DNA of 64,000 nt, from NCBI GenBank assembly GCA_964459595.1, contig CAYWLV010000001.1, forward strand, positions 84,056-148,055. Reading direction: 5' to 3'. The number at the start of each line of letters is the position of its first letter. Position 1 is the stretch's first letter. The stretch comes from an uncultured Gammaproteobacteria bacterium. Its GTDB lineage: Bacteria > Patescibacteriota > Microgenomatia > UBA1406 > GWC2-37-13. Position numbers and translations under genes: made by a program. Shown piece after piece: positions 57,218 through 64,000 of this stretch. Under the pieces are notes generated by a model. It saw only the letters and a program-made list of their open reading frames with translations, made no database searches and was not told the origin of the DNA.

Positions 57218-57566
57218 ATTTGAGTAGGTTTTTCATCCCATGGATGATGAGTTCATCAATTAAAGAATCCAGTCGTTTATTCCGTTCTGCAGCAAGAAGG
57301 ACTATTTGTGGATAGCACAAAAAAATCTCGCCCAGAAGTGGTTCTTCCATATCTGTATCTGTACGATACGGAAAAGCCAAAACGGGAAGAGCTACATCTT
57401 CATGCTTATATACGGATGCAATTCGTCTCATCTTGGTTTTACCCACAAAAATGAGAGTGATAGAAAGAGTAGGATCAATATGGAGTTCTGTAGTAGTTTT
57501 CTCCACACAACTCTTAATACGTTTTCTGTCGATAAGATATCGAGACGAGGTGATGATATGTATCAT
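57216..57566 (-). CDS. YbeY-like protein lacking the C-terminal metal-binding His triad
   Basis: The YbeY-like core is IFVGKTKMRRIASVYKHEDVALPVLAFPY...LGEIFLCYP. The protein ends IHGMKNLLK*, whereas YbeY has HG.LHL.GYDH. Confidence 0.6.
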   Translation of the reverse strand: MIHIITSSRYLIDRKRIKSCVEKTTTELHIDPTLSITLIFVGKTKMRRIASVYKHEDVALPVLAFPYRTDTDMEEPLLGEIFLCYPQIVLLAAERNKRLDSLIDELIIHGMKNLLK

Positions 57567-57574
57567 AAAGCTTT

Positions 57575-57805
57575 TTATCTGAGATGCATTGCTGTTCTTT
57601 CTTTCTTAGTAGACAATGCAAATCTTCGTCTGCGAGCACGAAGACGAATACGCTCTTTTGCTTCATCCTTCAATCGTAGAGATGGCTTTTTGTAATATTG
57701 CTTTTTTCGAAGCTCATCAACAATATTCTCATCCATAAACATACGAGAGAATTTTCTGAAAATCGCGTCTTTTGTTTCTCCTTTTTTCTTGAATATAACA
57801 ACCAT
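57575..57805 (-). CDS. rpsU: 30S ribosomal protein S21
   Basis: 76 aa, basic; ..AIFRKFSRMF..ENIVDELRKKQYYKKPS..RLK fits the S21 pattern (R.F.R......G......R...YEKP). Confidence 0.75.
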   Translation of the reverse strand: MVVIFKKKGETKDAIFRKFSRMFMDENIVDELRKKQYYKKPSLRLKDEAKERIRLRARRRRFALSTKKERTAMHLR

Positions 57806-57833
57806 TATATATACACCTCCTCAAAATATATGT

Positions 57834-57946
57834 AAACTCTAAATCCTAAACTCTAAACAAATTAAAAATCTTAAATCTAAAACCTCAAACAACTAATTTT
57901 AGAATTTTACATCTAATTGTTTAGAATTTAGGGTTTAAGATTTAGT
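57834..57946. repeat. Family-A heptamer hairpin element A17
   Basis: Left arm aaactct|aaatcct|aaactct|aaacaaa, right arm gtttagaatttagggtttaagatttag. Confidence 0.75.
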
Positions 57947-57968
57947 TTTTTTTGTTATCCCTATTGTA

Positions 57969-58802
57969 TTACACTTCCCGTATTATTTCAATCAGTTTTT
58001 GGAGTGAAAGTGGAGTGGGGATAGAATCCGGCGTGCGTGAAGATCCGTTTAACAACATATTTTTCAAAATATGAAGAAACCATGTCCCTTTTTTGTCTTC
58101 GCTTTTGATTTTATCATATACCGGAGTTAAATCGAGTTCTGGGCGGGGGAGTGTTTTGATCCGAGCCGTGAGCTTTTGAGGATCTTTCATAACAACGAGC
58201 GCAAATCCTCTTTTTTGTGCCAATCGCATTGCTTCATCGTAGGACGAATTCATAGCAATCGACTTGCCATATTTTGACGTAAATATAAATCCTTTTTCTA
58301 TCTCCTTTTCAGCTTTCAGTTTGTAAATAAAGAGTTGAAGGACTCCATCTAGAAGGGTAAAAACAGCTTGAGTGAGTATGGTGTCGGACATGCCCTTTTT
58401 TTTGAGACCGGTAATTAATTGATGGAGACAAAATTCGTATTTATCTGAGGAGGGATCGGGATAATTTACTTCTCCAAAGTTGTCTATATCTGTGACATAC
58501 TCTACAATTCGCTTCACTGGCTCCTTATCTTTGCCTGATAGATGATCTTGAATGATCAAATAATCAAAGACTCGTTTACTAGCTGAGGTCCGTTCATTGA
58601 TTTGATGATGATCGAACTTACCATACCCTGTGTCACAATAGAGAATTTCTGGATTGGTGTCTGGCACCTCATTGTTCCAGTTCTTTTGTTGGGGAGTAAA
58701 TGCAATTTCTGCCTCATCCCATCCGGGAATAAAACGCGTGATAAGCCAGGCGCTCGTAATAGCGTCTAGATCGGGAAAAATATGAGTGACTATAGTCTTC
58801 AT
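57969..58802 (-). CDS. DHH-family phosphoesterase-like protein
   Basis: THIFPDLDAITSA (DxD motif) and GKFDHHQ (DHH motif). Confidence 0.5.
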   Translation of the reverse strand: MKTIVTHIFPDLDAITSAWLITRFIPGWDEAEIAFTPQQKNWNNEVPDTNPEILYCDTGYGKFDHHQINERTSASKRVFDYLIIQDHLSGKDKEPVKRIVEYVTDIDNFGEVNYPDPSSDKYEFCLHQLITGLKKKGMSDTILTQAVFTLLDGVLQLFIYKLKAEKEIEKGFIFTSKYGKSIAMNSSYDEAMRLAQKRGFALVVMKDPQKLTARIKTLPRPELDLTPVYDKIKSEDKKGTWFLHILKNMLLNGSSRTPDSIPTPLSLQKLIEIIREV

Positions 58803-58807
58803 AGGAT

Positions 58808-58931
58808 AAAACTCTAAACTCTAAACGCTAAACCCTAAACAAATCATAAATCCTAAATCTGAATACCTAAATATTTCTAATTAAGAATTTTGACCTTTTT
58901 GACTGAGATTTAGTGTTTAGTATTTAGGATT
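58808..58931. repeat. Family-A heptamer hairpin element A18
   Basis: Left arm aaaactc|taaactc|taaacgc|taaaccc|taaacaa, right arm gagatttagtgtttagtatttaggattt. It overlaps the proS stop. Confidence 0.75.
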
Positions 58932-60624
58932 TTTTAAATTCAAGCATTAACTTATCAACAGTAACAAGCTTCACTTCCTTTTCCCCTCTTTTTTTCATCT
59001 CGATCATCTCCCCTGTTTTTGGGGAAATGACAAGTCGATAGGGGCACCCGACAAGATCTGCATCTGCAAATTTGGCACCGGGTGATACATCGGTGCGATC
59101 GTCAAAGAGTATCTCAAGATGGTAGTTAGTAGAAAGTAGTTGGTAGAGGGTATGAGCTTTTTCGAAGGGAGCTGAATCTTTACCGATTGCGATTAAATGG
59201 ATTTTGTACGGTGCAATATTTTCAGGCCATTTTATACCTCGTTCATCATGATGCTGCTCCACAATTGTGGCCAGAGTTCGTCCGATTCCTATTCCGTAGC
59301 AACCCATATAATATGGCTTATCTGTGCCATCGGCATCTTTAAACACGGCATTATTCATGAGTTTTGTGTAGTGATATCCGAGCTGAAAAATGTTTCCCAC
59401 TTCAATCCCCTTTTTCATGATAAGTTTTTTACCATCTGGCGTAATATCTCCTTCTTTTGCAAGTGCGATATCAGCAAGTTTTTCACAGGTAAAGTCACGT
59501 CCATAGTTTACGTTAATGGTGTCTGTTGTTTCTTCTTTTTGACCCCCAATAAAATTTTTGACTGTGGTGAGTGAGATATCTCCAATATAGCGAGCACCGG
59601 TATGACCCCATGAGTGTACATACCCTCGTTTTGTACCAATTGCACTAAGGTCTTCCTCTGTTGCTGGTTCGAGCTGTCCCACTGCATTGAGTGCGTGCTC
59701 TAGTTTGATTTTATTAACTTCCAAGTCTCCCCTCATTACGGCTATAATTATTTCTTTGTTTACTCTATTTTTAAACACAACATTTTTAAGAAAGTGAGCA
59801 GAATTTTTTTTATAATGCTTTTCATTATCTTCCATGGTTTGAACCCATGCAGGCTGCTGTATAGTTTCAACTGGCTTTTCTTCCTCTTGTGAATTAATCT
59901 CTGTTCTTTGAAAGATGGCAACATCTTCGTGTGCATTATATACTCCGTCTGTAGTTGAGAGATAATTTGTTTCTCCAATGGGTGAGTCTACGACATATTC
60001 ATGACAATATTCTCCTCCGATATACCCACCATCAGACTCAACGATTACTGTATCAAGTCCGAGCCTTTTAAAAATACGGGTGTAGGTATCCCCCATTTTT
60101 TTATATTCTTTCTTAAACTCTTCAGAATTAATATCAAAAGAATATGCATCTTTCATGATAAACTCACGTACTCGCAGTAACCCACCTCGCGCTCTCATTT
60201 CGTCTCTAAACTTTGAGGAGAATTGGTAGATATTAATTGGCAATTCTTTGTAACTAATTTGAAACTTTCTGATAACATCTACAAACATTTCTTCAGCAGT
60301 ACCACCGAGGGCAAACTCAGCTCCTCGTCTATCTTTTATCTGCATAAGTTCAAATCCTGCTGTATTTGTGCGATTAGTTTCTTTCCATAGTTCAAGCGGA
60401 TGAAGTACGGGTGACACCATTTCTTGTGCACCGGCTGCGTCCATTTCTTCCTTAACAATTTTCATAATATTTTGTTGCAGCTTCATGCCAAGGGGGAGAA
60501 AGAAGAATCTTCCTGCTGTTGATTCACGAATATAGCCGGCTTGATAGAGAAGCTTATAGGAGTCCATTGTTGCGTCGGAAGGTGCTTCACGGACTGTTTT
60601 TCCAAAGAGTTTAGAATATAACAT
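58924..60624 (-). CDS. proS: Proline--tRNA ligase (bacterial type)
   Basis: MLYSKLFGKTVREAPSDA...AGYIRESTAGRFFFLPLG...FRDEMRARGGLLRVREF. Confidence 0.95.
   Translation of the reverse strand: MLYSKLFGKTVREAPSDATMDSYKLLYQAGYIRESTAGRFFFLPLGMKLQQNIMKIVKEEMDAAGAQEMVSPVLHPLELWKETNRTNTAGFELMQIKDRRGAEFALGGTAEEMFVDVIRKFQISYKELPINIYQFSSKFRDEMRARGGLLRVREFIMKDAYSFDINSEEFKKEYKKMGDTYTRIFKRLGLDTVIVESDGGYIGGEYCHEYVVDSPIGETNYLSTTDGVYNAHEDVAIFQRTEINSQEEEKPVETIQQPAWVQTMEDNEKHYKKNSAHFLKNVVFKNRVNKEIIIAVMRGDLEVNKIKLEHALNAVGQLEPATEEDLSAIGTKRGYVHSWGHTGARYIGDISLTTVKNFIGGQKEETTDTINVNYGRDFTCEKLADIALAKEGDITPDGKKLIMKKGIEVGNIFQLGYHYTKLMNNAVFKDADGTDKPYYMGCYGIGIGRTLATIVEQHHDERGIKWPENIAPYKIHLIAIGKDSAPFEKAHTLYQLLSTNYHLEILFDDRTDVSPGAKFADADLVGCPYRLVISPKTGEMIEMKKRGEKEVKLVTVDKLMLEFKKS
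59121..59150. repeat. Heptamer-type tract (GTTAGTA/GTTGGTA) in frame in proS
   Basis: ggtagttagtagaaagtagttggtagaggg encodes LYQLLSTNYH. It shares 11- and 12-mers with 9391-9424 and resembles the intergenic 60661-60683. Confidence 0.5.
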
Positions 60625-60640
60625 AAATATATTATATCAG

Positions 60641-60683
60641 GGTATAGGGCGTAGGGGGAAGTTAGTAGTTAGTAGTTAGGGGG
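60641..60683. repeat. G/T-rich heptamer tract (TAGGGCG + GTTAGTA units), intergenic
   Basis: ggtatagggcgtagggggaa gttagta|gttagta|gttaggg|gg. Confidence 0.55.
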
Positions 60684-61200
60684 AGACGTTAGTAAGAATG
60701 AGGGAAACAATCTCATTGACATTTTTGTTTGATGTATCAATGATGAGTGTGTAGTTCTTGGGATCAAAGAAATCGGAGCGATTGTGAATTACTTTTACTT
60801 TTTCAAACCAGCCACTATCACGAGAAACAACTTCTTTTTTTGCTTCTTCAAGAGACATATGTTCGCGCTCAGCAAATCGATTAAATCGTATGCCATCATC
60901 TGCGATTAACAATATCTTGAGAACACCAGATGCTTCTCCAGCCATAATGCCAGCTAGCCATGAATCAAGCAATAAATTTCCAGGCTTGTGGAGCATATCT
61001 TTCACCATGCCATCTACTTTCTTTGTGAGTATATCTGTTTGCTCTTCAGCACTATTTAGGTCTAGATTATGGGAGCGAGCATAGTCTCGAAAATACGCGC
61101 CAGTAGAAAATGTTGGCCAGTTGAGTTTTTTTTGTAGTTCACGAAAAACAGAAGATTTTCCTGTACATATTTTGCCAGAGATGGTGATTTTCGTATACAC
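60676..61200 (-). CDS. Cytidylate-kinase-like P-loop NMP kinase (archaeal-type CMK family)
   Basis: Canonical Walker A ITISGKICTGKSSV. It is paralogous to the next gene. Confidence 0.55.
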   Translation of the reverse strand: MYTKITISGKICTGKSSVFRELQKKLNWPTFSTGAYFRDYARSHNLDLNSAEEQTDILTKKVDGMVKDMLHKPGNLLLDSWLAGIMAGEASGVLKILLIADDGIRFNRFAEREHMSLEEAKKEVVSRDSGWFEKVKVIHNRSDFFDPKNYTLIIDTSNKNVNEIVSLILTNVSP

Positions 61201-61297
61201 GTTTAATTTTAAATTTTTAAGTTTTAATTTTTAATTAATTTTTTAATTTAAAAATTAATTAATTAATAATTAATTAAAAATTTAAAATAGTACTTAA
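61201..61297. repeat. Family-B AT-only heptamer hairpin element B4
   Basis: T-rich left arm gtttaattttaaatttttaagttttaatttttaatt, A-rich right arm aaaaattaattaattaataattaattaaaaatttaaaat. Confidence 0.65.
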
Positions 61298-61300
61298 AAA

Positions 61301-61861
61301 TTATTTACCAAAGGCTCCCTTATATTTTAATTTATCCAATACTTTCCCTACTGTCTCCATTGGTCCACATCCATATGTGTCTACTACGAGGTCATAATAT
61401 TTAGGTGCCCAAAAATCATAGTCTCCATAAAGTTTTTTCCATTTATCAATATTTTCAGTTTCTCTTTGGCGAATCCATTTCTTTGCATCATCAACCGATA
61501 CATTTTCACGATTCATTACCCGGTCTACACGCACTTCATCGTGCGAACAAAAAACAAGCACTTTGAGAACTCCAGGAATATCTCGGGCAACAAATCCAGA
61601 AAGCCAAGCTTCATAAATAAGTTGGTTTTCTTCTGTAAGCATTTTTTTCGTCATTGCTTCAATACTCTTTTCATGATCGTCACTTCTAGATGCAGCTCCT
61701 TGCATATTTTCATGAATTCCATGCATTCTGTCATATTCTCGTTGAATAAACCCGGCATTAATATGCTTCCAGCCAAGAATGGTTTGAAGATTGCGAGAGA
61801 GAGTAGTGGTACCAACTGCGACTTTTCCAGAGACGGTTATGTTTTTGTAGGTGTTTTCCAT
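61301..61861 (-). CDS. Cytidylate-kinase-like paralog with a degenerate P-loop
   Basis: ITVSGKVAVGTTTLS has Thr where the Walker A Lys should be. The rest is colinear with 60676-61200 (AWLSGF..GVLKVL..). Confidence 0.5.
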   Translation of the reverse strand: MENTYKNITVSGKVAVGTTTLSRNLQTILGWKHINAGFIQREYDRMHGIHENMQGAASRSDDHEKSIEAMTKKMLTEENQLIYEAWLSGFVARDIPGVLKVLVFCSHDEVRVDRVMNRENVSVDDAKKWIRQRETENIDKWKKLYGDYDFWAPKYYDLVVDTYGCGPMETVGKVLDKLKYKGAFGK

Positions 61862-61878
61862 GATTTAGTATACAGGAA

Positions 61879-61961
61879 AAATTTAATTTTTAAATTTTAA
61901 TTTTTTAATAACTATTAATTTTTAAATTAAATCATTAAAAATTGAATAGAAATTAAAAATT
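61879..61961. repeat. Family-B AT-only heptamer hairpin element B5
   Basis: Left arm aaatttaatttttaaattttaattttttaat, right arm ttaaattaaatcattaaaaattgaatagaaattaaaaatta. Confidence 0.6.
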
Positions 61962-63156
61962 ACTTGAACAGTCTGAGGATGTCGTTAATCGATACCAAAA
62001 CCGCAAGTCCCATAAGGAACACAAATCCAGCAATATTGGTGATATTTTCTATCCTCTGATGAACTTGTTTTCTAGTAATCCACTCATACACTACAAATAC
62101 CATCCGTCCCCCATCAAGCGCCGGGAAAGGAAGTATATTCATAACGCCCAGAGAGAGAGAAAGGAGCGCCATTAAATTCAAAATGTTTTTAATGAGCTGT
62201 GTTCCTGATGTTTGTACCATATCATTTACCACTCCATATATTCCCACAGGACCGGCAACTGCTCCAGAAACAGCAGATGCATTTTTTTCTTTGATTGATA
62301 CACCTATGAGTTTTCCAATTGCGCTGAAGTTGTATTCCAACACATTATAAGAATGCATAAAACCAGAAAACACTCTATCAAGCGGTTGCTGATATGAAAT
62401 AACCACCCCATCTATAAGGCTGACTCCAATTATAGCCCGCTTGAGTTTTGAATTGTACTGAGGAACTACAGGAATTGTTTTTGTTGCACCATCTTTGAGA
62501 TTTACTGTTTCCAAGTAGATAGTTTTCCCCGGAGATTTTTTAATTAAATCGATAAGTTGCTGTGCAGATGTTAGATGAGTAATGGAGTTATCTGACTCGA
62601 TTGAATAGGAGGAAATAATATCCTCCGACTTTATACCTGCCGTTTCTGCAGGGGATCCTTTTGACAAATTAACCGCAATTACTCTTCCCTCTTGTACACC
62701 AAACGTAAAGTGATGGGGAAAAAGCATGGGGAGTGGATCTGACTTGAAATTGTTACTAGCAAGAAGTCCATAAAGTACCAACACTCCAAAGAGCAGATTC
62801 ATCACGACGCCCGCAGCCACAATAAGAGCTTTTTGATAGGGTTTTTTAAAGGCAAAAGCATCCGTTAAGGACGTAGGGTGTAGGGTGTAGGGTGTCGTTG
62901 TTGAGCTTTCAGCTTTCAGCTTTGAGCTATCTACTTCTTGGTATTCTTCACCAAATAATTTTACGTAGCCACCAAGGGGGAAAATATTTATTGAATAATT
63001 GGTTTCTCCATATTTAATTGTGAAAAGGCGGGGGGGAAATCCAATAGCAAACTCTTCTACCCGCACACCATTGAGTTTTGCCATAATGAAATGGCCAAAT
63101 TCGTGAATAAGAACTAGAAAGCTAAGTATTAATAAAAAGATAATGAGAGAAATCAT
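61960..63156 (-). CDS. rseP: RIP zinc metalloprotease RseP (site-2 protease)
   Basis: HEFGHFIMAK (HExxH), PDZ-like middle region, NILPFPALDGG. It contains an in-frame heptamer insert. Confidence 0.9.
   Translation of the reverse strand: MISLIIFLLILSFLVLIHEFGHFIMAKLNGVRVEEFAIGFPPRLFTIKYGETNYSINIFPLGGYVKLFGEEYQEVDSSKLKAESSTTTPYTLHPTSLTDAFAFKKPYQKALIVAAGVVMNLLFGVLVLYGLLASNNFKSDPLPMLFPHHFTFGVQEGRVIAVNLSKGSPAETAGIKSEDIISSYSIESDNSITHLTSAQQLIDLIKKSPGKTIYLETVNLKDGATKTIPVVPQYNSKLKRAIIGVSLIDGVVISYQQPLDRVFSGFMHSYNVLEYNFSAIGKLIGVSIKEKNASAVSGAVAGPVGIYGVVNDMVQTSGTQLIKNILNLMALLSLSLGVMNILPFPALDGGRMVFVVYEWITRKQVHQRIENITNIAGFVFLMGLAVLVSINDILRLFK
62873..62927. repeat. Two in-frame triple heptamers in rseP: (GTAGGGT)x3 and (AGCTTTC/G)x3
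   Basis: gtagggtgtagggtgtagggt at 62873-62893 and agctttcagctttcagctttg at 62904-62924. Each is 21 nt = 7 codons. Together they encode KLKAESSTTTPYTLHPT. Confidence 0.8.
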
Positions 63157-63158
63157 AT

Positions 63159-63286
63159 AAGTCTGAAAGTCTAAAAGTTGTAAAGTCTAAGATCAAAAAG
63201 CACGCGACTTAGATAATACATTATACACATGGAGAATTGATTATTGACTGACTTTATGACCTTAAGACTTTCAGACTTTTGACTTG
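63159..63286. repeat. Family-C heptamer hairpin element (AAGTCTR arm / YAGACTT arm)
   Basis: Left arm aagtctgaaagtctaaaagttgtaaagtctaaga, right arm ccttaagactttcagacttttgactt. Confidence 0.7.
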
Positions 63287-63291
63287 AACAG

Positions 63292-63846
63292 TTACACTTC
63301 CTGTATCTCTGCTTCTTTTGCTGATTTTATTGAGGCTATGTCTTCGTTTGCCTTTTGTGTGAGAGTATCGATTTCCTTTTCCATTCGGTATTTGTCGTCT
63401 TCTGTAATTTCTTTTTTATCAAATTGATCCTTAATTTTCTTTCGAATATCATCGCGATGATTGCGAATAATATTGCGTTTTTCCTCTATCATTTGACCTA
63501 CAAGCTTACCAAATTTATCTCTTTGTTCTTGGGACATAGGAGGAATTCGAATTGTGATTCTGGTGCCTTGTGTTTGTGGTGAAATTCCCAGAGGACTCTT
63601 CAAAATACCCTTTTCTATATCGATTATCGTTGAAGGGTCAAATGGCGCAATAAGAAGTGCGCTTGCACCATCTGTAGTGATTGTTGACAACTCTTTTAAT
63701 CGAAGTTTTGTTGAGCCTCCATATGTGTCAATAATAATATCTTCAATCATTGCTGGATTTGCTCGACCTGTACGAATAGCTTTTAGCTCCTCTTTGAGAG
63801 CATTAATTGTTTGTTGGAGGTTTAATTTGAATGAAGCGAGATCCAT
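63292..63846 (-). CDS. frr: Ribosome recycling factor
   Basis: LKEELKAIRTGRANPAMIEDI...ISPQTQGTRITIRIPPMSQEQR... Confidence 0.95.
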   Translation of the reverse strand: MDLASFKLNLQQTINALKEELKAIRTGRANPAMIEDIIIDTYGGSTKLRLKELSTITTDGASALLIAPFDPSTIIDIEKGILKSPLGISPQTQGTRITIRIPPMSQEQRDKFGKLVGQMIEEKRNIIRNHRDDIRKKIKDQFDKKEITEDDKYRMEKEIDTLTQKANEDIASIKSAKEAEIQEV

Positions 63847-63859
63847 AGTTTCTCAATTA

Positions 63860-63930
63860 CAAATTTTTAATTTATAATTTTTAATTAATTATTAAATTAT
63901 TTAAAAATTTAAAATTTAAAATTAAAAATT
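63860..63930. repeat. Family-B AT-only heptamer hairpin element B6
   Basis: Left arm caaatttttaatttataatttttaatt, right arm aaaaatttaaaatttaaaattaaaaattaa. Confidence 0.6.
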
Positions 63931-64000
63931 AACCTTTCAGTCCGAGTTCCCAACGGAGAAATCTGTTTACCTTGATATTTTCACCAAATTTCAAAACTGC
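63929..64000 (-). CDS. tsf: 3' end of a gene, probably elongation factor Ts (runs off the window end)
   Basis: Manual translation gives AVLKFGENIKVNRFLRWELGLKG*. The GENI.V.RF.R.E.G pattern and the position upstream of frr fit EF-Ts. Confidence 0.45.
   Translation of the reverse strand, partial: AVLKFGENIKVNRFLRWELGLKG

Overview
This is a 64-kb segment of a low-GC bacterial chromosome that uses the standard genetic code, with TGA as a stop. The gene content includes a minimal housekeeping set, shortened RF1, DnaX and YbeY, and many GT-C-like membrane proteins. That fits a Patescibacteria/CPR-type genome best, but this is inference. From 1 to 18.6 kb there is a tightly packed surface-glycan locus. 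It holds several GT2 and GT4 enzymes, a GT10 fucosyltransferase-like and a GT17-like enzyme, four methyltransferases, four large polytopic membrane proteins and a Wzm/Wzt-type ABC exporter. From 18.6 to 64 kb there are housekeeping genes: PfkB kinase, ahcY, pyk, lepA, miaA, folD, gyrA, ppa, gyrB, rplL/rplJ, rpmE, an RF1-like factor, hisS, cysS, tRNA-Pro(CGG), rnj, recR, prs, an L,D-transpeptidase, ybaB, dnaX, a ybeY-like gene, rpsU, proS, rseP, frr and the end of tsf. This part also carries a RAYT-type Y1 transposase flanked by REP palindromes, a four-helix-bundle (rRNA-IVS-protein family) gene and a 994-aa orphan. The most striking signal is non-genic. From 19.7 kb onward almost every spacer carries a hairpin-forming element built from degenerate tandem heptanucleotides, in several sequence flavours. 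The same heptamer tracts also occur in frame inside conserved genes (ahcY, lepA, rseP, the PfkB kinase, glycosyltransferases), and identical 21-mers are shared between separate copies. All calls come from reading the sequence and the ORF track; no searches were run.
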